Notes: generated by a model from the sequence alone, not told the origin. Counted from the stretch's first letter, positions 23,701-37,550 are shown. The stretch: DNA of 64,000 nt from Marsupella aquatica (GCA_973895155.1 OZ316898.1:7489079-7553078); one strand, 5' to 3'. Made by a program: numbers and translations.

Positions 23701-26700
23701 TTCAATGTGTTGCTGACTCAATTGAAATAATGCACTGCTAGAGAAGAATTGGGAGCTGTTGCTTCAATTCAATCAAAGCTGCTGTTGGATGTTGTTGCTT
23801 GATGCTGCTGCTTCAAGCTACTGATATGGGAACTCGTGGTGCCACTACCTAAATTGATGCTCATTGCTGATGCTTAAATCAATTTTGCTAGAGAGAAGCA
23901 GCTACGTTGCTCAATTAGAGATGTGCTCAATTAGAGATGTGCTCAATTCAATTGTTGTTGTTTCTAATGAGTCAATGTTGTTGAGTTATGGAGGCGTTGC
24001 TTCTATTTGAACTATGGAGGTGTTGCACTATGAATCTGAGCTATGGAGGGGCGTTCGAGCTTTGCAAACAAAAACAAAGTTGAAGGGCATGTTGCGTTAC
24101 ATCCAATGGTTCATGAAGGGAGTGCTTCTATTGAAGCTATCTCTGAATTTGAGCTATGGAGGTGTTGCACTGTGAATCTGAGCTATGGAGGGGCGCTAGA
24201 GCTTTGCAAAAGAAAACAAGTTGAAGGGCGTGTTGCGCTACGTCCGACGGGTGAATGGAGTGTTGCTTTGCATCCGGCTGCGCTAGATCATACTGCTATG
24301 CGTAGTGTGCTACAAAATATTGATGGTGAGGGAGCAGTCGACAATCGGGTTTGAACACATGACCTGCTACTTGCTAAGGGATCTGAGTGGGCTACCAAGG
24401 GAGCACTCCTCACTCTTCGTTTTAGGAGCTCCCAACAACTGTACTTAAACTTGCATAAGCATTTATTTTAGGCCATTTGGAGGACTTTGAGGCCAGTTCG
24501 AGGCAGGGTGAGGGGCCAGGGCGAGTAAGGGAGGACCCAGCAAGGGTGCCTCAACTTCATGGAGGCCGAGGAGACCATTTTTAATTCATATGGGATGTGT
24601 TAAGGAGTTTTCGTGTAGGCCTTAAAAAGTGGTCTTGTAATAAGATGTCGGGCAATTATGAAGCCCGCCACTTGGTGGATGCAGGTGGGTTATAGTGTTG
24701 TTGTTAGGTAGGTAAGTCATTCACTTGCAAGCAATTGTAGACTAAATGCTAATGTCAGCAATCTACCAGAAGCAAACTCAAGCGAAGTATTCTGTGGGTA
24801 AGTTTACAATTCAGAGAACTTGGATGACCTATGCATCTATGGTAACCAAGTCTCAATGGCAAAACCTGAGACTTAGCGGTAACCCGGAACTCAATGGTGT
24901 ACTGACACTCAATTGTTGGCCAAACTTAGAGTTTTTCCGTGACAAATATTGTTTAAATATGGATAGTTTGTAACTTGGGTGATTGTAAGAGTTATCAAGG
25001 GGGTACCCTGGTTACTCGGGTCACCAAGAGGTTGCTGCTGTTTGTAACGTGTGTGGAAACCAGATTACTGGTTGTAGTTAAGTTGACCCGCGGTTAAAGT
25101 AGAAACTTAACCCAAGTTAAACTTTAGCAGTTCAAAAGTAATTACACTTGGGTTGAGTTCCAAGTGACCATTAACCTGAGTTAGCACCCTAGGTTTGGTT
25201 TAGTTTGAAGCCCTAGAGTGTTGAATAAAGGTAAAAGGGAGAAGCAGGGGGTTGCCTCCTCACTTGTTCACTTACAGTACACTCTCGTGTAGGCTCAGAG
25301 CTTGGGGATTGGGCTCTCAATTGGAGGGCAGCAACATAGGCTTAAGGCACTAAGGAGAGTGGATAGAGAACTCGTCCACTAGGTAGGCAGCAAGGGGAGA
25401 GTCGAGGGAGGTGTTGTGATCTGAACTTGTACTATTCCTTATAGTAAAGGCTCATGTGTAAGCCTTAGCCTTGAATCTACTATCCAGTGAGAATGTGAGT
25501 CCAATGAGCATGTATGTAGACTCGGGTGTTACTCAACACTAGAGGGGTGAAGCTTGAAGCTTGTGGATGAGAGAGGAATCGAGCACTTGTCTTGTTGCAA
25601 TAGACAGTGGCCGTCCAGAAGCCCTTGGTGAGGGTAGCTGAGGTAACTCTTGGATATCAGTCACATTGGGAGTCAGTGGGGATAGCTTGTGGGTGTGCAC
25701 TTGCCGTGTTGTGATTGGGAGTGGGGGTGTGTGAGTGTTTCCCAGCGGGGGAGCAAGGGAGTGATAGCCACCCTTCAAGGTTAGCTTTCCAGCGGTGGAA
25801 ATAAAAACGTACTAACTAGTTGGGTGTGTGAGTGAGAAATAGAGAGTTAGAAAGAAAAAGATATCTTGTCCTGCTATTTGCTCATCCTAGTAACCCGAAC
25901 AACAATAAAAGGGGCATAAATGATGAAAATAGCTCTAGAGGAGAGTTAAGCCCCATTGCAAGATGTTTTCATGTTATTTTACTGAAATAAACCATAGGCC
26001 CCTGCTTAATTCCAGGTGGAAGGGGGTCTTTAATACTACTTGCCGAAGGATCGGGGGAGATGCTACGTTCCCCAAAAACTCCTTGACTAACTACCTACTG
26101 ACGTAGTTGACTGTCAACCTAGTGACCCCGTTGACTGTCATGGCTAGAGTGGTTGACGATGATGCTAATCCCTAAGTCTTATTGTCAATCATTTCTAACC
26201 CGTTGATTGACACCTATCCTACGCCTAATGGTCCTAACTAGCTAGCTTATCCTAATCCTATCTATTGTGATGCTACTTGGCACCTAATGATAACTATTCT
26301 ATCGCTACAACTAACCCAAAAAGTTGTCATTGGATTGCTCCTGTCCCAGGCGGCTGTCTGATCGCCTCCTTCCCTAATTACTCCTCGCGTGTGTTACACT
26401 GCTGGCCTAGGACTGGTCCCTTTGTTGGGTTGGGACCTTAAGCCACCTTGGTCAGAGGCATCTCTCGCCCCGTCCTGTTGGCTCACCAATAGCGTAACCC
26501 GGTCTTGCAAGGCCTGGTTATCCCGAGTTGCCTCCTCCACTTCATTTGAGACCTCGTACACCTCATCCTGTAGATGTGCCACCTCCATGTTGAGCAGACC
26601 AATTATTTTGAGGTTGGCCAAGTTCTATACCAAGCACTTATCTCGATCGGTGGTGACAGTGTTCACCTGTTGAGCCGCCTGCAAGAATTGGTTATTTAGA

Positions 26701-27514
26701 TTGGTCAGGCTTTTAACCCAAACCATGGACTCCTCCTCTAGTTGAGCTATGACAGCCTCCAATCCAATAAGGTCCGCTTGAACCTTAAGTAGCTCTTGGT
26801 TAGTCCATCCTGTTGGTTTGAGACGTGGACTAAATCTTCTTCAGTTGGTGGATGATGAGTGTCGTCTTCAGGCGCTCCACAGTCATTTGGAGTGCCCCAA
26901 TATCATATCCCTTGGCCATAAGTTTATGTTCCAAGTTTAGGGTCATAAGCTCAAGACCTTGGTGGCAGGCTATCAAACACTTGTCATGAAGCTTAAACAT
27001 GACTTTTATCCTAATTTTTTTTACCTAATATATACCTGCTCCATGTCATATCAGGGTCACAAAGGATTGACAAAACTTTTAAAATATGCTTGCAAGTTCT
27101 AATCACACCATACATAAGTAGTTTAAGCTCTCCACTTCTAGAGAGGTAGTCACCTTGGCTACTCTTGCACTCACACACTTCCTCTCTCCTCTACTCCAAG
27201 GAGTAGCAAGGGGGATATCCACTCCAATCTGTCACCTTAGAGTAGACCTTCACAAAAATACCTAAGAACCCAAAGTACTTTCCTCTTCAAGCTTGAGCCC
27301 CCCCTCAAGACCCTCAAGGTAGTAAACTTACTCCTCAACCTTGCCTTCCTAGCCTTGGTTTGGATCCACACATCCTCTTTGAGCTCTAGGGAAAACTCTT
27401 ATATCAAAGGCTTTTTTTTGCTTGTTCTTATTTTTTCTCAACGTCACACACCAGGCAAGGTAATTTCCACCCTCAAGCTACAACCCTCTCTAAGTTCCAA
27501 AGTAGTGCTCTACC

Positions 27515-27811
27515 CTCGGGGTTCTCACTATATGGGGACCTCCCCATCGCCTGCGACGTTTTTAGGCCTCGGACCCCCTAAAATGTAAGAATTTTTTTTA
27601 ATTTTTTAACCCCTATAAAGTTGGAATATTCTTGGAATATTCTAAAAATTGGATTAAAAAGACCCTAATATTCTTATAAGTCTCAAAATTGAATTTAAAA
27701 AACCCTATTGTTCTTCTACAAAAATTCTGAAGTCTTCCCTTAGAACCAATAAAATGACCCTATCCTTCGTCGCACGTGATATGTCATTTTTGTGGAAGTG
27801 AAACCCCCGAG
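27515..27811. mobile_element. MITE (297 bp), CTCGGGG-type TIR, 8-bp TSD GCTCTACC
   Basis: TSD at 27507-27514 and 27812-27819; ends CTCGGGGTTCTCACT / AGTGAAACCCCCGAG. Same family as 42144-42471. Confidence 0.85.
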
Positions 27812-28699
27812 GCTCTACCTTAACCATACCTCCCTAGCCTTGGTTGTGTACCAGCACCTTCCTCATCAATCTTAGACCAAGATTGCGCCCTAACATAGAC
27901 TCTTTTCTTGCTCTCATACATTTCAAATTCATTCACACTTAATGGTCACAATGAAGATTGGAAAGACTTCTTTCATAATTACATACTCACTCCTTACAAT
28001 AAAAGATCTTCTACCAAATCCTCACACTAAGTATGGACCTCACATCTTTTTCCAGCTCTTTTTCTAGCTAAGCCCCAACTTAGCAAGGTAGAGCTTCTAC
28101 TTCAAGAATTGAGAATTTTTGGGGCTCTTCTTTGGCCCCTTTGAGCGCGCCTCCCTATGTGGGAGCTGCCCCTTTTTAGCCGGGCCTCCCAACTCAGCAT
28201 GCCTCCCTTTGGCGGGGTCCCCCTTGCTATTGGGCTCTCCTTAGGGCACACCTCCCTATGCAAGGGCTCTATCTAGCTTGTACCCTGTTGGGCCCTCCTC
28301 AGTTAACGCCTCCTTTCTTTGGCTGTCGAGCTCCTCTATTTTATTTTTTTAAGGGTACTCCCTTAGAAGCCCAGGGTTATTTCCTCCTCAGTCCTAGACT
28401 AGCAAGCCTTAAGGGAACCAAGGGCAACATAAATAATTTGAGTTTTTCTACTAGCTCCAAGGGACTCCGACTCTCCGGTGCACCATGAGCTTACAATGGC
28501 ATAATTAAATTAGTTAAAATAAAAAAATATGGAAAGATCTTATTTACATTGGCTTATTTACATTCACATCGCTCGGTGAATAGCTTATGGTGGTTCTCAG
28601 GGATAGGGACCCTGTCACATATGGGGCCAATTACATGTAGCTCATTTGCACCTTCACCTCTTGTTGATAAAAAACTTGGAAGTGCAGTTATCAAGATTG

Positions 28700-29480
28700 G
28701 TCTTGCCGGTCACTGGGATACGAAGGAACAATATTACAAAAAATCAAGAAACCCAATAGATGTCAAGGAAGCATCGGCCAATTCAACAAGGAATGACAAA
28801 GATGCAATAAGTCTCGCCCAGTTTAATTCTCCTATTTACGGGCCTATTTATGGGCCTTTCAACTTAAGTAGTCTATATTTGTATGTTCAGCCTTAACTAC
28901 TCCCTTATGTACTTCTAGCAATAGTTGTGGAGGACTCCAATAGTTCATTGTAAGATCTTTGCACGTTCTATTATCAGACTTTGACAAGTAGGCAATGCAT
29001 TTAATGATTCAAGCATAGACTGACATGTCTAAGGAGTGACCTAAGATAGGTCTTTCAAAGGTTTTGGAAATCCAGGAATTTGACTGCCATCAACAATAGA
29101 AATGAGTTCATCTAACCCCTTAAAGTCTGTTTCAAGACTATAATTAATCAGTCTCCCTTGACTATTCTTGTAAAAAAAACTAAGAAGCGCACCGATGCTT
29201 GTCAATGTTTTCTCCAAGGTTGCGCTTTGGGCATTGGCGTTCTTCTCCATCTTTTTTTCAAAGGTTATCAATTATGCTTTGGTGGTCTCCTCTACCTTAC
29301 GTGCTAGTTTCTTCAATTGATTGTCCAAGCGCTCGTTAAGTTCCACTTCCACAAGTCTCGGCAAAGCAGTTAACCTATCCAAGGCCCTTCTTCCATACAA
29401 TGCAACTTTGAGCCCCCATAAAGTTGAGTCTTGGGAATTGGGATGGCTTGCCGAGCTGTCCCATACTGCCCCGGTTTGGA
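28700..29480 (-). pseudogene. Decayed ORF of unknown type with a helical/coiled-coil-like segment
   Basis: ORFs 29272..29538 and 29041..29271 are in the same frame, separated by a single TAA. The frame continues through further stops that look like CAG/CAA/CGA>T changes. Confidence 0.4.
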
Positions 29481-29662
29481 CTTTTCCGACAAATGAGACA
29501 TCGACATGTGTCACACCTGGTCGTCCTGGCCGGCCCACAACCCGCCCTGATCCAGCCCAGCCCTGGCCTGGCCTGGCCTGGCCTGGCCCAACCCCAGCCT
29601 ATCTCGGCATGTCTCGGCCCAACCCTCGGCCTGTTCCGTTCGGCTGGGGAATATAGGCAAAA

Positions 29663-29884
29663 CAACTTTTAAGTACATTGCCACTAAAGACTGTTTGAAT
29701 TTACAATATTGCCACTATTTTTTTCTGTATTTATAAAACTGCCATAGTTTCCGTATATAGTTTCCATGGTTACCTTGGTAAACTTGTCATCCGTATACCA
29801 AACCATGACATTTTTATAAATGCAAAAAAACAATGACAATATTATGAATTAGAACATCTTTAGTGGCAAAATGATTAAAAGCTG
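29663..29884. mobile_element. Foldback (Mutator-like) MITE
   Basis: Long imperfect TIRs (CAACTTTTAA..TTGCCACTAAAGA / TCTTTAGTGGCAA..TTAAAAGCTG). The flanks ATAGGCAAAA and ATAGGCGAAT resemble a degenerate ~10-bp TSD. Confidence 0.7.
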
Positions 29885-30090
29885 ATAGGCGAATATTTGA
29901 CATTTGACCCCTTTCTGTAGCCAACTAATGACAAATTGTCGTGTCGGACACCATGACAACATGTCGGTCAATTCAAACCGGGCAGACTGCTGAGTCGGAG
30001 TTGATAGTACCCACTAAAATTTGAAGGTGAGATCCTTTCCTAAGTGATCTTGGGGGGTGGGTGCGGGGGTGGGCTGTGAACCAGTGCACA

Positions 30091-31350
30091 TCTATATCTA
30101 TAATATTGAATCCCGCTCTTTTTAGTCCTTCATCCCATTACAAAATGCATTTTGGGCGGGAATCAATAACAATCGTTAGATCTTTTGGGTGATTTTTTGT
30201 AACCATTTGATTATTAATTTCGTGACCAAGGTACATATAAACACATAATGACATTGCAATAGTATGCTTGAGAACAAGAACAATTATACTTGAGAGTACA
30301 ATTATGAATTGTACTAGTTTATCCTTTCTACTCTCCCATGGGGACTGCAACTCTAGGTGCTCTGATTATATTATACTCTCATAAAAATATTAAAACAAAG
30401 CATCCAAAGATTAGGGAGGAGGTAACAAGAAATTGACATGGAAGAAAAAATGGGGAGGGCCAGATAAAGGAAAAAAGAACAAAAATTGAGGAAGGGGAGA
30501 ATGAAAAAGGTAAGGAAAATAGAGAAAGGAATAAAGTGAGATTATTTTGCATTTTCCTGCCCCCCAATCCTTACAAAATAAGCATGTATATATTTATGTA
30601 TTAAAAACATTAATAATTTTAATTTTAAAAATAAATTCATTAATTTGTTGGGTGATCGGGTGACCATGCTACGACTCCGTGATGTAATGGTCATTGTCAC
30701 CCATCTTGCATCTCCATGTTCTCACCTTCATCCTCAACAATAACATGTTCACAATAATGACCAAAATGACAACATTTTTGCAACAATGACATTTTTTATG
30801 CTACATTGTTTTTGCGGCGCATAGGGAATGAGTTAACTTGCACTTTTTATGCGTTTCCTCGACAACTTTGCCTCACCTTGACATTTTCTTTTCCTTTCAA
30901 TATATTTTCTTCACCTCAACATCTTTTGTGCAATGCATGGACATTTTTTGTGTTCTTTACCTCACCACAACATCTTTCCTTCATTCTTGACATCTTTTCT
31001 CTTCTCGACATGTTTTCTTCATCTTTACATCTTTTTCTCACCTTGTCATCTTTTCTCTCCTCAACATCTTTTTTTCACTTTTGACTTCTTTTCCTCATCT
31101 CGACATCTTTTTCTCTAATCGACAACTTTTTTCACACTAACATCTTTTCTTTGCCTCAAATTATTTTCTCTCATCGACAATGTTTTTCACACTCAACATC
31201 TTTTGTGCAATTTGCATTGGGCATTTTTTTCACACCAACATTTTTTTTCACTTAGACATCTTTTTCTTTCATTTACAACTTTTCTCACACTCAATATCTT
31301 CTTTCATTGACAACTTTTCTCACACTCAACATCTTTTGTGCAATTTGTAT
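30091..31350 (+). repeat. Possible Helitron 5' end followed by AT-rich DNA and a degenerate ~20-bp pyrimidine-rich tandem repeat (30840-31350)
   Basis: A|TCTATATCTATAATA at 30090/30091 is a typical plant Helitron start. No hairpin-CTRR 3' end was found. Repeated (T)CAACATCTTTT units follow. Confidence 0.35.
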
Positions 31351-31947
31351 TGGACTACCGTAGTGGAACAAGGAAAGGCCAAAATAAATGCCTACCAAAC
31401 CTACGTGATTACGAGAGGACTCGCCAGGCAGACTACCGTCTACAAATTAATGTGAAAGGAACGGCTGTTATCGAGGGACAGACTCCATGCGAATTTCGAA
31501 ATTTATACATGCGCTCAATTTACTCTTCACCCCTTGACGTTTGGGGTCGATGCCGATTTATGCTACTGAGACGGATAGAACCAACCTTTCTGATGCGGGT
31601 ATAGTTTTGCTCGATTGCTCGATTGCTCGATTGTGGGAGTTTCTGTTTGTATTCCGTAGCATTCTGCGAAGTGACAGGAATATGCGAGTGTTGGGTAGCG
31701 AGGCTTTCGGATCAGGCTGATCTTTTGGAGAGTGCAAGAAGTAGAGTATTCCATCACTGGGCGACTAAACGGAGTGTTGAGAATCAGTAGGTCGGATAGA
31801 TCGAGGTGAAGAAGGGAGGAGCCAACGGAGCCTGGGGTGGGGGGTGTGGGTTGGAACTTCTTTCCTTTGGACCAGGATTAATGGGAGTTGGAGAGGCACC
31901 AGTGCGATAAAGACGGAGTGAATTAGGAAAATCAATCTACTGAAGGG

Positions 31948-34079
31948 ATGTCGTGGGCAGGACCCAACACCTTCCCTGCTACTTCTCACTCGCAGACAAC
32001 CTTGACAGTATGTCCCTGCCCCTCAAACGCGTCTGTTTTTAGGCTTAATTTGATTGCTTGTTGGTTTATTTTGCCGCTTAATTCAAGGGTCGACCCATTG
32101 GCACTTTGTCATCTCAGGATCTCTTCTCGTGCAGGGTCTCGTGTCCCTGCTTTGGTGATCTATTCTGTATCGTTGAGATCCTCCTAATCTAAAGTACCGC
32201 ATTGAAGCACCGGCTCGGAGGCATTTGTATCTTAGACCTATTTAACTTCTTATCACAGACGTCTAGCAGTTTGTTGGGTTCTTACATCTGCGTTCTCTCG
32301 TATTGTCTTGTCGTAGCAATGTTATCTTAATCGGATTTTCTCAAGTTGTTCATTCCAATTATTGCATTTTCGGCTTACGAAACCCTTGGCTTCTTTGGGC
32401 ATAATCACGGGGTTTGACATCATTCTGCTTCTAACTTTTCCTCAATGACGTCTTGCTAACAGAGAAGCTTCTGGTCATTCTTCGTGATGGAAGAAAGCTT
32501 GTCGGAGTTCTTCGGTCGGTCGATCAGTTTGGTATGTATGCGATTCTGGTACAATGTTTCGAAATTCAGCAATATGTCGCTTGGTAAGAGTGCTGGGAAA
32601 GTCGTAAACAAGTCAAGCAAAGATTGAGGACATCACGACCAATCAGGATTGACTGAATGTTAGGATCTGTATTTAATTCCTCTTAGTTTATTACGTGCCA
32701 GACGTTGGTGAAAGTGCCAAAGGACTGCTTCTGTAAGTTACGACATGCATTTATTTGGACTGGATCACAGTCTGTTCTTGTTCACCATTAACACTCTCCT
32801 CTCTGATCTTTCTGTTCAAACCAAATCTGCAGACTCGGGAATCTTCTACCACGGTTTGTGCAACCAGTGCAAGTAGTAGCCAAGGACGGACAACCATACA
32901 TAGTTGGTTTTATTGTACACTTGATTGTAAGCTGTAAGTAATATCACTAACTGAGACACCTTGTCGCTCTTCAAGGGTTTTGGTTTGTAAGTGTGTAGTT
33001 AATGGTACTGGGATATCAGAGCCTCTCTGCTGACCTTTGGACTTTGTTGATGTACTCTGCAGCCAACGTTGTGTTGGAGCGGTCCATTGAGCGTATCATT
33101 GTCGGGGACCTTTTTTGTGATCTCCCACTCGGTCTTTATGTTATACGCGGTGAAAATGTTGTTTTGATTGGGGAGCTGGTGAGCTGCTCCTGTGTTGTCA
33201 TCCGAACTGTGATGCTTTTGGCAGCTATTTGTTTAGTTGAGATTCCCTGAATAATAGGTGACCTATTCCAATGTGCTCGTATGGAGCATGGATTATTACT
33301 TGATCTAAGTGCGATCCGATGTATTTAGTGGCCTGTTGACTTTGGAGCAGATAGATGGTAACATGTTAGAATTGTATTAGCTATAAATCAAGTTATCACA
33401 GTTTCTCACTGTCCTGCCTTATAAGTCATGCTACTTTGCAATCAACGTAGCAGTCGGTGCCAGAATTGAGTTTTTAACCTGTTCTTTGATCATAGTAAAT
33501 GTGTTCGTAATTATTCAAGGCTGGGGATCGTGTTTAAAAAGTGACGGACTTGTGGAGGGAGTTTAGCCTTGTTATGAATTGTTGAAAAACATGCGTTTTA
33601 TACACAAGTATTTGTTAGCCGTTTTTCGAGAGAAGGGCGCAGTACTGCTAGCTCAGGAATGTATTTCCTAATAGATGGCCGTTGATCTTTACAGGACCCA
33701 GATAAAGATGACTTGCCCTCTGAAATGGTCAGAGTATGTCCTGCAGACATAAGACAGGTATACATTCGCTACTGTTTAGTCAGTTGCTATCGAGTTCTTA
33801 TGAAAAGGAAATACGTATATTTGTTGGGTTCTTCAGTGTTGGTATGTGCACGCCTTGTTCGACATCCGTGACTTTACTTCTAAGTGTTTTAGTCATAGAC
33901 GGAAAGAAGTATTCTATTCGCTTGCAGTGTGATGTGAAACTGTGCATGCACGTAATCGCTTCTTGCGGCTTACGACTTCTGATTTCCAGTATTTGTTTCA
34001 GGCTCAAAAGGCAGAAAGGGACGCAACGGAACTTAAAGGCACAATGAGGAAGCGGATGGAATTTCTGGACTTGGACTAG
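31948..34079 (+). CDS. LSM1: Sm-like protein LSM1; exons 31948-32007, 32463-32531, 33063-33178, 33695-33757, 34002-34079; apparent 1-bp deletion in exon 1
   Basis: MSWAGP...SLADNLD|KKLLVILRDGRKLVGVLRS.DQF|ANVVLE...ERIIVGDLFCDLPLGLYVIRGENVVLIGEL|DPDKDDLP.EMVRV..ADIRQ|AQKAERDATELKGTMRKRMEFLDLD*, with GT-AG introns. Confidence 0.93.
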
Positions 34080-35499
34080 TAATTCAACGTCCGGTGGGCT
34101 TCACAACGCCTTCGAAGTCCATCTTCTCTACTAATTATTGTCTAAGTTCAATTTCAGAAGGTCGCACTTTTCTAGGAGGACACTGACATGCCTCAATAGC
34201 GACGTCTCTTGCAGGAAATGGTGATATTTCTTTGAGGCTGCCCGCAAGTGTCTCGATAATGAGTTTCACTGTCATAGTGCTGACCGCGGATTATAGCCCA
34301 AATCTTGATCCGCCAATATCGTGTACGGTGATTCGCCGAGAACTCCTGATGACAAAATCCAGAAAGAAGGGTGGGTCAACAAAGCTGATCTGCCGTGACC
34401 CTCCTCCGGATACGAAACAAAATGGTGGAAAGCTGGCAGGATTGCCCATAATGCAAATGTCTAATCTAAATTTATCCAATTTGCAATGTCAACTGGCAAC
34501 CGTCAAGATCTGATCTAGATCTTGGCTACATGTTTCCGATTGGGTTTCACAAAACCCACAAACACTCCAAGATCAGAAGAAATGACTACAGAACTTCCCA
34601 TTTAATTTGACAATTCTCTTCTTCGTCTTTTCGCAGAAAAGATCGCTTGTTTAAATCCTCTTCCGCCCCCCTAGTGGGAGCCCGACTCTTTTCCATTGTC
34701 ACTTCTGGGTTTACTTGGGTCAAAGATTTCAAGTGGTAGCACGCTTTCGACAAATCCTTCTACAGATGGGAAACTTTCTCCCCCTAACTCCCCAGCGTCA
34801 GTGGTCCAATCACGATGTCCTGCATCTCCTCTACTGCCCAGGGTTCCTTGATCGCCAAAACCTGCATCAGACATAATGCAGTTAGTGACCTCTGTTTTTT
34901 ACCTTCAATAAGCTCTTTGCCTCCTCCTATCCCTGCTTGGCATTCTCAGGTCTTGCTTACGCGCGTGTGCCGTAGACCGACTCTTGTGACTCTTGACTAT
35001 ATAAGCTTCGTATTCTAACATTTCCACATTTGACATTTCATACATTTCATAATACTAAAATTCCCCAGCACCAATTTCAGAAATAGATCGAGCAGATCGA
35101 GCGGTAAAGCACAATTTCTCCTTGCTGAAGCCGCTGCATTTCTTTCCTGATCGGTACAAAGCTTTTTGCAGCTGCATTATGAGCCTTGGAAGGGCCAGCT
35201 TGATTTCCTGTCGGTAGTAGTGCATATGGCATTGATGAAGATCTGAGAGTCCGGTAAAAGGGTTTGCTCTTCCTCAATTCTGTGGGTCTTTGTTGGAGTG
35301 AAAACTCTCCCGTCCTGTTTATCATGCAGCAGCTCCTGCTCTAACTGAAAGTAACTCAGTCTGTTTACCTTGAATACCTGATGTATTATTCCCGGCAAGG
35401 AGTATTTCCACCAATTTAATATCTTCAACAAACAATGGGGAACAAACCGCAGGTTTTTCCGCTCCACATCGGTCTGGCCCATGTGTTTGCACAAACTCT

Positions 35500-36250
35500 T
35501 CTCTCACCTTCTTGTTCTCCTCTGCACATCTGATCTCTTCTTGATCAGGTTCGAGTGCCTCTTGTCGTCCTTCTCCTCAAGTTTGTCTTCCGCCATCTGT
35601 TGTTTTTTGTTGGTTTCTGATCCTTCCCTGCAATCTCTTATCACATGACCTTTCTTGTTACACTGGTAGCCGTGATAAGGATTATGTTGCGAGATGTAAC
35701 AAGTTGCCAAATCACAATGTCTTCTCCAATATTTACTTTTGCTACATTGGGGACTTTCCCTGTCAAAATCCCAAAGAATGCATGCTCTATCATGAGGAAA
35801 AGAACTGTACTCATATCCTGGAATGTAGTGGAGAAGTCTGCCAAATGACGCAGCAATGAAGCGATGACATCTTTCCAAAGCCCTAAACTGGAAGCTTTGT
35901 AAAAGACTCACTACATATATCAAACATTGGATCCCATGGGAAAGCATAGACAAAATGATGATCCATGAACCAAGGTGCATTCTCTAGTGCCAAGTCTCTG
36001 TGATCCAGATCTTCAAAAGCCACCATGTAAATGTAATTTCCTACAAACTTAATATGTACCACAGGCCAATTATTTTGTTGCACCATGACCGCCTCAACCC
36101 AACTTCTGAATGCTGGAAGCAGTGGAGTCCTATCAGTGAAATAGCACATGATTGCTCCATTGTATAATTGCTTGACATTCAAATCAGTTTCCTCTGCTTC
36201 ACTCTACTGTAGCGTGCAGCTTCTACTCCCAGTCCCCTCTAGAGTTGTCA
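35500..36250 (-). mobile_element. Degenerate L1-type LINE ORF1 (DUF4283 plus zinc knuckle)
   Basis: YMVAFEDLDHRDLALENAPWFMDHHFVYAFPWDP.F......KLPV; then across frameshifts IAASFGRLL...RACILWD and YQCNKKGHVIRDC. Confidence 0.8.
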
Positions 36251-37189
36251 GCATCCTCCTTGAGTATGCAAAAACAGTACTTGTTTGTTACATTCAATTT
36301 TATTTGAGAGAGTCAAGAAAAAAGTGCATGCTCATTTTATTCTAGCTCATTCTTTAATTGGTCAATTTTTTTTATTTAATATTCTTATTCTTTACATATT
36401 GCATACCTGAATTGCTCTTATGATCAATGTAGATAATTTCAAGTACGAGTTTGCATGCATAAATTGACATTGAGTTATACATGAATAAAAATTGATATTT
36501 TCTTCAATTTTTCTCAATCTTTCTGTTTTTGTTTGTTATTACATTATCTTCCAAAAACTTTATCCTACTTCTCTCACATAAATTTTGATCATAGATCATG
36601 CACAAAAAACAAGGGTTAATTTATTTATAATTGATATTTGATCATGCATGTATGAAGAGTGTTTGTCATTATTTGATTTTATTCAAAAACATAATATGAA
36701 TTCAACATCCATAATCATCTGGCTTATTTTTACAAATATACTAATGCACATATTGAATATCCATTTTAATTGAGCATGTTATATAAGTATTGAGTATCAA
36801 AATAGACTTAAAAAATTAATCTTCTATTCAGATGGTATCTACCGGTTGTCATACTCCATTTATATGTAAAAACAATTAGCTTTTGAAATATATAGATTTT
36901 GTTGTTAGGTTTTCAAATGTAGAGAGATAAATGACAATTTTGAGGATTTCAACTTTACTCAAATTCATTTCTCTCACAATATTTTAAGCTTTTCAATGTG
37001 CTTTAAGTACATACATTGCTAGATTTGCAAAAAGAATATCAGTTTCAAGAACAATCACAATTGCAGTGCAATCCACCTGAAAGTTGTTAGGCAAAAAAAA
37101 CATTGGCTTAGTTTTATTTTATTTTAGTTTTGTTCAGTTTTAGTTTTAGTTTCTTGATTTTTTAATTTTATATATGCTTAGAAGACTTG

Positions 37190-37550
37190 TGAGCACATCA
37201 AGAACTACAATGATCACAAGGATGATACACTAGGGTATTTGTTCAGGATTGCTCTTAGTCTTGTGACTCAAAGGTTACGGCACTTAGGCTAACCACAGTT
37301 AGGGTCTTAGCTGAGATTAGGTTAGTCGTGCGTGACCTTGTATATACCAAGGCTAGTGTAAGTCGCTAGGGTGCGGTGCTTAATTACTCATTGTAACGGA
37401 GCAACTTGAGGAAGAGGGAGAGCATGTGTGTTCGCCTACTCTTGAAGTAAAGCTTGAGTGTTCGTGTGGACGTAGCCTTGGAGAAGAGGTGAACCATGTA
37501 GAGATTGTGTTGACTACGTGTGCATGGAATGAGTAATGATTGGATCGTCA
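37190..37550 (+). mobile_element. Probable Ty1/copia LTR fragment
   Basis: Contains GTGGACGTAGCC...GGTGAACCATGTAGA.ATTGTGT, a motif common near the 3' end of plant copia LTRs. No TSD was found. Confidence 0.45.

Larger units (their letters stand above)
15510..28500. mobile_element. Block of nested, degenerate repeats, probably LTR-retrotransposon LTR and internal non-coding remnants
   Basis: No credible long ORF. Related segments occur in opposite orientation (about 15700-16050 vs 20970-21335; about 21730-21900 vs 28120-28330). CAGC/GCTG-rich degenerate repeats at 16120-16240, 18260-18900, 20300-20900 and 23600-24300. Boundaries are unresolved. Confidence 0.55.

Noticed and set aside
26394-26900. 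Coiled-coil-like minus-strand ORF, possibly a gag or accessory remnant
   Set aside because: Short and interrupted, with no diagnostic gag motif or PBS nearby.
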